64,000 nucleotides of DNA from Catajapyx aquilonaris (Eukaryota). Below the pieces are notes generated by a model. It made no database searches. It was given only the letters and a program-made list of their open reading frames with translations, and was not told the origin of the DNA. How positions within the stretch are numbered: the stretch's first letter is position 1; each line of letters starts with the position of its first letter. This document shows positions 54,626 to 64,000 of the stretch, piece by piece. The stretch spans positions 1 through 64,000 of the forward strand of contig KZ538519.1 of NCBI GenBank assembly GCA_000934665.2, in the 5' to 3' direction. Position numbers and translations under genes: made by a program.

Positions 54626-56133
54626 AGTCCCTCTCACCAGGACGACGCGACGGGTGATCCGCCACCGAAAGCCGCAGGCCTAGAAAAAAATAAGGCAAAG
54701 CGAGAGGCTGTGCCCTAGTCATTTTTTTAAAAAAATGGCAAGGACAGGTAAGAGGCCTTGAATGCACTGCATGTGCAATGTGCATACAGTATTATAGTAC
54801 ACGTAGTTCTGACTGAAACGTAGCGTATTTTATTTCATGTATTCCATATGTGCTAAAATAATACGAACGCTATTGACGTCAAAATAGTGAAGATTGCACT
54901 CATCTGCAGTAATTGCTTTACTGCAGCGTTGTAACACGATAATCCCATGGCATTTTCAGAAATTATTGCACATGCACATCCCAGCAACACATCACACCTT
55001 TGTTTTGAAATGTGAGTTATGTAAAGAAAGGTTAACTCAATGATATTAACTAATGATTTTAAGGGAACAACACCAGTTTAGGGCAAAAAGGAACAAATTT
55101 GGGGGAACTGAATCGTTTTCTTCCAACAGGTTGCCCTCTCTTTGGTTGCTTGGATAAACAATTCACAACTTTTCCTCCCCATGGACTGTCTGCATTTTTT
55201 GGGAAGTCCACCATCCTGTACGTACACTCTACACATGTGTCACCGTTCCCACGACGACGATGCAAGAGAACTTCCTCCACATTCGATTGCCTTTCTTCTT
55301 GCTGCACAACCATCAACGTTCCCTTGAACGACCCAATCCCAAGATTAGTTCGGGTCGATCCTAGGGCGACAGAATAAAAGGAGTTCCCCCCTCAATATTT
55401 TATCAGCTCTACTAAATTTTACTAGCGAACCCCATGAATCGCCCGCATCGTTTTGATTCTCTGAAGCGACACAGTGAGTTCCTTCATTCACTCACAAGCG
55501 TTGTGAGAAAGCTGATGGGTCATGTAAGTTGTGCGTATATGTGCACATTTATGCTGCTAATGTTTCTTATATACTGAACTGGCGATTCCCAGCACAAAAC
55601 GAGACGGATCCAAAATGGCCTCCTTCACTTCCTACCCCTGCACTTAACCGTGTCAATCACACGTGACGTCACAGACCCGGCTTATGCTCGCTGCGTGTCC
55701 TGAGAAGGGGGAGGGTGGGGAGGTTAGCAGTGGGGGTTGTCGCCGGGCTTCCCGTTTCTCCCTGGATGCATCCCTCGGGGGTTTGCCTGGAGAGCGGGAA
55801 CAAGGGGGTAGTGTAGAGGAGGATAAGGGAGACCGGGAGGGGAAGAGGGGCCACTCCATCCGCATAACATCTTTTGTTTATATTCTGCACATGGCATGCA
55901 AGGTGCGGCTTTCAGTCTCTGGGAAGAGGGGAAGGCAGGGACGGGGGCTAGGGGACTAGGTGGGTTGGGTAGTCATCTCGTAAACTCACTTGTCAGACCG
56001 GGTGGGGGGTGTAGTATTGGAAACACACCACATAACCGTTTGGGTGGGGATCAAAGGACCAGGAAGGGGAGACGACGAGGTGGATCCATCCGTTTTTTGA
56101 CAGGTCGTCAATAGTTGACATTCACCACCACCG

Positions 56134-56134
<1 letters not shown>

Positions 56135-56206
<72 letters not shown>
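56135..56206. repeat. (AAT)24 microsatellite
   Basis: Perfect trinucleotide run between the POLR2E 3' end and the ZSWIM promoter. Confidence 0.95.
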
Positions 56207-56207
<1 letters not shown>

Positions 56208-57430
56208 GCTATGCGAGACTTTGTCCACGGCGACTCATCACCTAGGTGCATGTAGTAGCACTTTCCTCCGCAAGACCGTGAAGGCGGTAGCGTGCAGAGA
56301 GGGAGGGGTGCGTGCCATCTGGTTGTAGCATATCGTACTACGTCCAAGTGGCGGGGCAGTGTTGCCTTTTTTTTTGCAATTGTTTGTCACGGTTTGGTTA
56401 CATTACATTACATCCTCAGGTTCATTACTATCATTAGGTAGTTTACACAGTTCATGAAGAATGCTAGTCATATGGGAATGTAAAAAAAAATGCAATCGGC
56501 TGATTGTACTGGTCAAATTGCACGTACATGAACAGTACATGCGACCTTGGTGAAATACAGTATTCTGCAGAATCAGGCGAAATAAGCGGTTTTTTTTGGG
56601 TTGCATTTTAAGATATTTAATTACGGCGGTTTCTTACCATCTTTCTTGACATGCATTTGAAGGAATCTTCCCATCGCTGGCCTTCGGAGTGTGCATCAAA
56701 AATGGGTTCATGCATTAATGACGCACATCAGGCGGCTTGTGTGTGTGTGTGTTTTGAAACCAATCTTAATTGCGGGATCATTCGAGACGTTTCAAGGATA
56801 TGAGACTCATCATTTACAGCACGTGATAAGTGCAAAAAGTGGGTATAAAGAGAATGAGTTGCGGCAACACTGGACACAGTCGTGATTGGCCGATTTGGTG
56901 TCATGTGACCTATGCAGAAGATCAAAATTCTGGGTGGGAAATAAGGGGAGAAGGTGGGACAAAGGAGATGAAGAAGGGGGAAGAAAATTGGTTCCATGGA
57001 GCAGAACAAAGTCTCTGAAATGAATGAGAGAGCATTCCTATGATGGGGAAAAAAAGGGGATCAATAGGAGGAGGCGCTTTCTGGTGGACGAAACACGAAC
57101 ACATTCCTTGTAGTGTACCTTCAGCACATATTTTCTAAAATTAAAGAGAAACAGAAGAAGCCACCTCTTTGATATGAATATTGTTTAGGTTGATAATAAT
57201 TGATTAAGAAAAAAAATAAATGATCGTGTTGCCCGCTCTCTGGACTCCCGATTAGATGGTTCCTGATTAGGTTCTTAGATGGCAGGACCCTGTTGATGCA
57301 ACCAGAATAATATTTTTGGTTATTAAAAAATATATAAATTGAGAGTTCCACTGAAAGCTGGAAAAGATCCGACTGATATCATTGGAAAAGGTATCGTATT
57401 CAGAAGGGCATGGCGTACGTTGTAAAGGTC

Positions 57431-57436
57431 TTTATT
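57431..57436 (-). terminator. Putative polyadenylation signal of POLR2E
   Basis: AATAAA on the minus strand about 75 nt after the stop codon. Confidence 0.5.
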
Positions 57437-57511
57437 TCCTCCTCTTCAATTTCAAGATAGTCGTTTTCACATGATCAAAATAATACTAAATTAACATTAT
57501 GGCAATGCAGA

Positions 57512-61700
<4,189 letters not shown>

Positions 61701-61800
61701 CTTGGATCACACGCTGTGAATCAAGCTGAACGGCTTCTCTCCGGGGAGGAGTCGTGAAACAGTGCTGCCAACTGCGACAATGTGCCCAACAGAAATCTCC

Positions 61801-61850
61801 TTCCCGGAAGAGATTACCACGTGTGACGTCACAGGCGCTGTTGCCAATCA
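61801..61850. promoter_or_regulatory. POLR2E proximal promoter motif cluster
   Basis: 100-150 nt upstream of the ATG: ETS-like CCGGAAG (61804), E-box CACGTG (61818) abutting CRE TGACGTCA (61824), and CCAAT (61844), all in a CpG-rich patch. Confidence 0.55.
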
Positions 61851-64000
61851 TAACCAGTCGCACTTTCCACTACCAGACGGGGGAATGTGGCAACGCAGCC
61901 TCCATTATCTCTCCCGTGCACCGTGCGTGACGCCGCAGGGAAATTATCACATGATCGTATGTCAAGAGTCTCATTACATTGAAGTGTACAGAGAGTGTAC
62001 GTAGCGGTCAGCTGGTCTAGTCTGTGCGTCAGTCGGTCGGGAGGAAATTAACGGGTCATCTCACGCGAGAATTGGTAGCCTACCTGCGGGTAAGTTCCAG
62101 CTTTCTTTTATATTCTGCGCATTTGGCGTTGCAGGCTGCACACAGTTTGTATCCAGTTGCATTGGCACAGCTTTTTTGGCAAGTATGGCCCAACCAATTT
62201 AGACAACAAGTGGCGTCTGGTACACACTGGTAGGTCAAGTAGGACATGGGTCAAATGTAATCTGGTCCAGGACCACCAGTCAGCAATTTGGAGATATGTT
62301 AAGCATGGGTTGCCAGGGAAAAAGGACCCACTTACAGTTAGTGACCTTGAGGATTGCTGCTATGACCTTGGAAAAAAAAGTGTACATAATGTTGCCAATA
62401 GGTGTTAGAAGGGACATAAGTGAAATGGAGGAGCAGTAAGGTGAAATATTCTAGAAAGGTCATGCATGATGGCGCATTATTAGGAAGATTAAATTTCCAT
62501 GAGTATTATTAAAAACATGCAAAGTACTGAGTTTTCCCAACAGCAAAACCTGGCTGCGTAATTGAAAATGTTAGCTCCGACAGAGAGATATCATATCACT
62601 AAAAAGTACTGAGACCACAAGCACTGAAAAAAAATATATATATTTTTGACGTTTTCACCATGTCAGACCTAATGATCAGTTTTCTGGGGTGACACATTGA
62701 TCCTTTCACATGACATCAGATCCAGCTATAACCCTGGGTTGTTAAGGACGCTTGTACTATGTGACCCCCTCTCTGTCGTAGGGGACATATTCATTACATG
62801 TGCTCATTTCCACATCATATGAGTGTGATAGGATGTCGTTGTTCTCGTTAATTATTTGATACCAGTAGCTAGATATATCCAACTAGTGAGCAAGTACATT
62901 TAACATGACAGCCTTTTGGTATGACCTACTAATATCATTGTGGTTTTGTGGCTTTGATTGTAGCCAGAGCTTGGCTTCATTTGGGTATCCAGGGCAGGGA
63001 TCCTCAAAGGCTAGAAACTTACGTTAACTAGGGCAATTTCTTCCTCCACGCTTGGGATAAGCCTCATTCTCATATACAAGTCATAGAATATGGTTTTTAA
63101 AATGACTTTACTGGTTTGTTTTTTTAGTGATCAAATAAGTATAATGTAAATAAGCACTTTTTCATCACTAATACAATAATAATAATAAATTTGACACTGC
63201 ATTCTTTATAGACTTTTTTTTTCAATTAGGAGACTAAAAGAAGTAAGATTTTATTAATAGTTTCCAAGCAAAAGCTTATGTGCATAGCAAGAGAATAAGA
63301 GATAATGGTTAATCTTATCATGCAGATTAATAGTGACACACAAGTAAAATAAAGATAGTAAAATGTCTAATTTCCATGCTGGAAGCAGTAGTGGTCAACA
63401 GTGTCTTGTTCCAGTTCTACTGTAAGTAGCTCACATTGTGCAGTGGTACAATAGTTCCCTGCTGAGTCACAGCAATGTGGCAGGCCCATAAAATATTTAC
63501 ATGTGACTATTTGTGGAAGGCCATTTTTCATGATGAAACATAATGAATCAGATACTGCCTGGTGCACACACATCTGAAGTAGCCTATTATTGGGAGTCAT
63601 TATTTGAAACTTTTATGGTACATTTTCACTTGACACTATCGCAGTACCGTATCACCATTGTAACATGTAATTTCCTGTTGGCTTTGTTGTGGCCCTGAAT
63701 TTAGGTAGGCCTGGAAGTAATCTCCTTTATGAGTAAAACTCTCCTTTTATGGGCATTTACTAGAGGGTGAGTTGCAGCTGCAGGCAAGGTTAATTCTAAA
63801 ACTGTTGGTCAACATTGACAGCCCCTTGCTATTTGTGGAAGTAGTGTCACACATTGACATTGTTTGTCATGCATTGTTGCAACTAATTAATCAGAACCAC
63901 TGTCATTGCACTGATAACATTATCTCAGCTCACCTATCTCTGAAGGTCAGCCTCGGACATTTCCTGACTTAAACTGACACCTAGGTTATCAGTCATGATG

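Noticed and set aside
53780..54718. 312-aa plus-strand ORF (longest in the track) and overlapping 167-aa ORF
   Set aside because: Antisense shadows of the GC-rich ZSWIM exon 1 and promoter; no recognisable protein.
55986..56347. Poly-Tyr and poly-Ile ORFs
   Set aside because: Translation artefacts of the (AAT)n microsatellite.
63367..63600. Cys-rich 77-aa minus-strand ORF with a possible cag|ATG acceptor
   Set aside because: No recognisable family and no supported upstream exon; could be UTR or intron of a neighbouring gene.

Overview
Eukaryotic (animal, probably invertebrate) genomic DNA; the species cannot be identified from the window. Two spliced protein-coding genes lie on the minus strand. 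(1) A complete POLR2E/RPB5 gene (shared subunit of RNA polymerases I, II and III; 210 aa; CDS 61700->57512). (2) Coding exon 1 of a ZSWIM4/5/6-family gene (54235->53776), whose first intron runs >53.7 kb off the left edge of the window. Most striking: POLR2E has two tandem, equal-length (79 nt), in-frame copies of exon 5. Both have a U12-type (minor spliceosome) branch site and acceptor and a U2-type donor, which is the architecture of mutually exclusive exons enforced by spliceosomal incompatibility. This predicts two RPB5 isoforms differing at 6 residues of the C-terminal assembly domain. The same gene also has a GC-AG first intron. The giant ZSWIM intron holds two strong sense-strand recursive-splicing candidates (polypyrimidine-CAG|GTRAGT) at 26820 and 5476. 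The rest is non-coding: MITEs/foldback elements, microsatellites and promoter-like motif clusters. Almost all ORFs in the supplied track look spurious.
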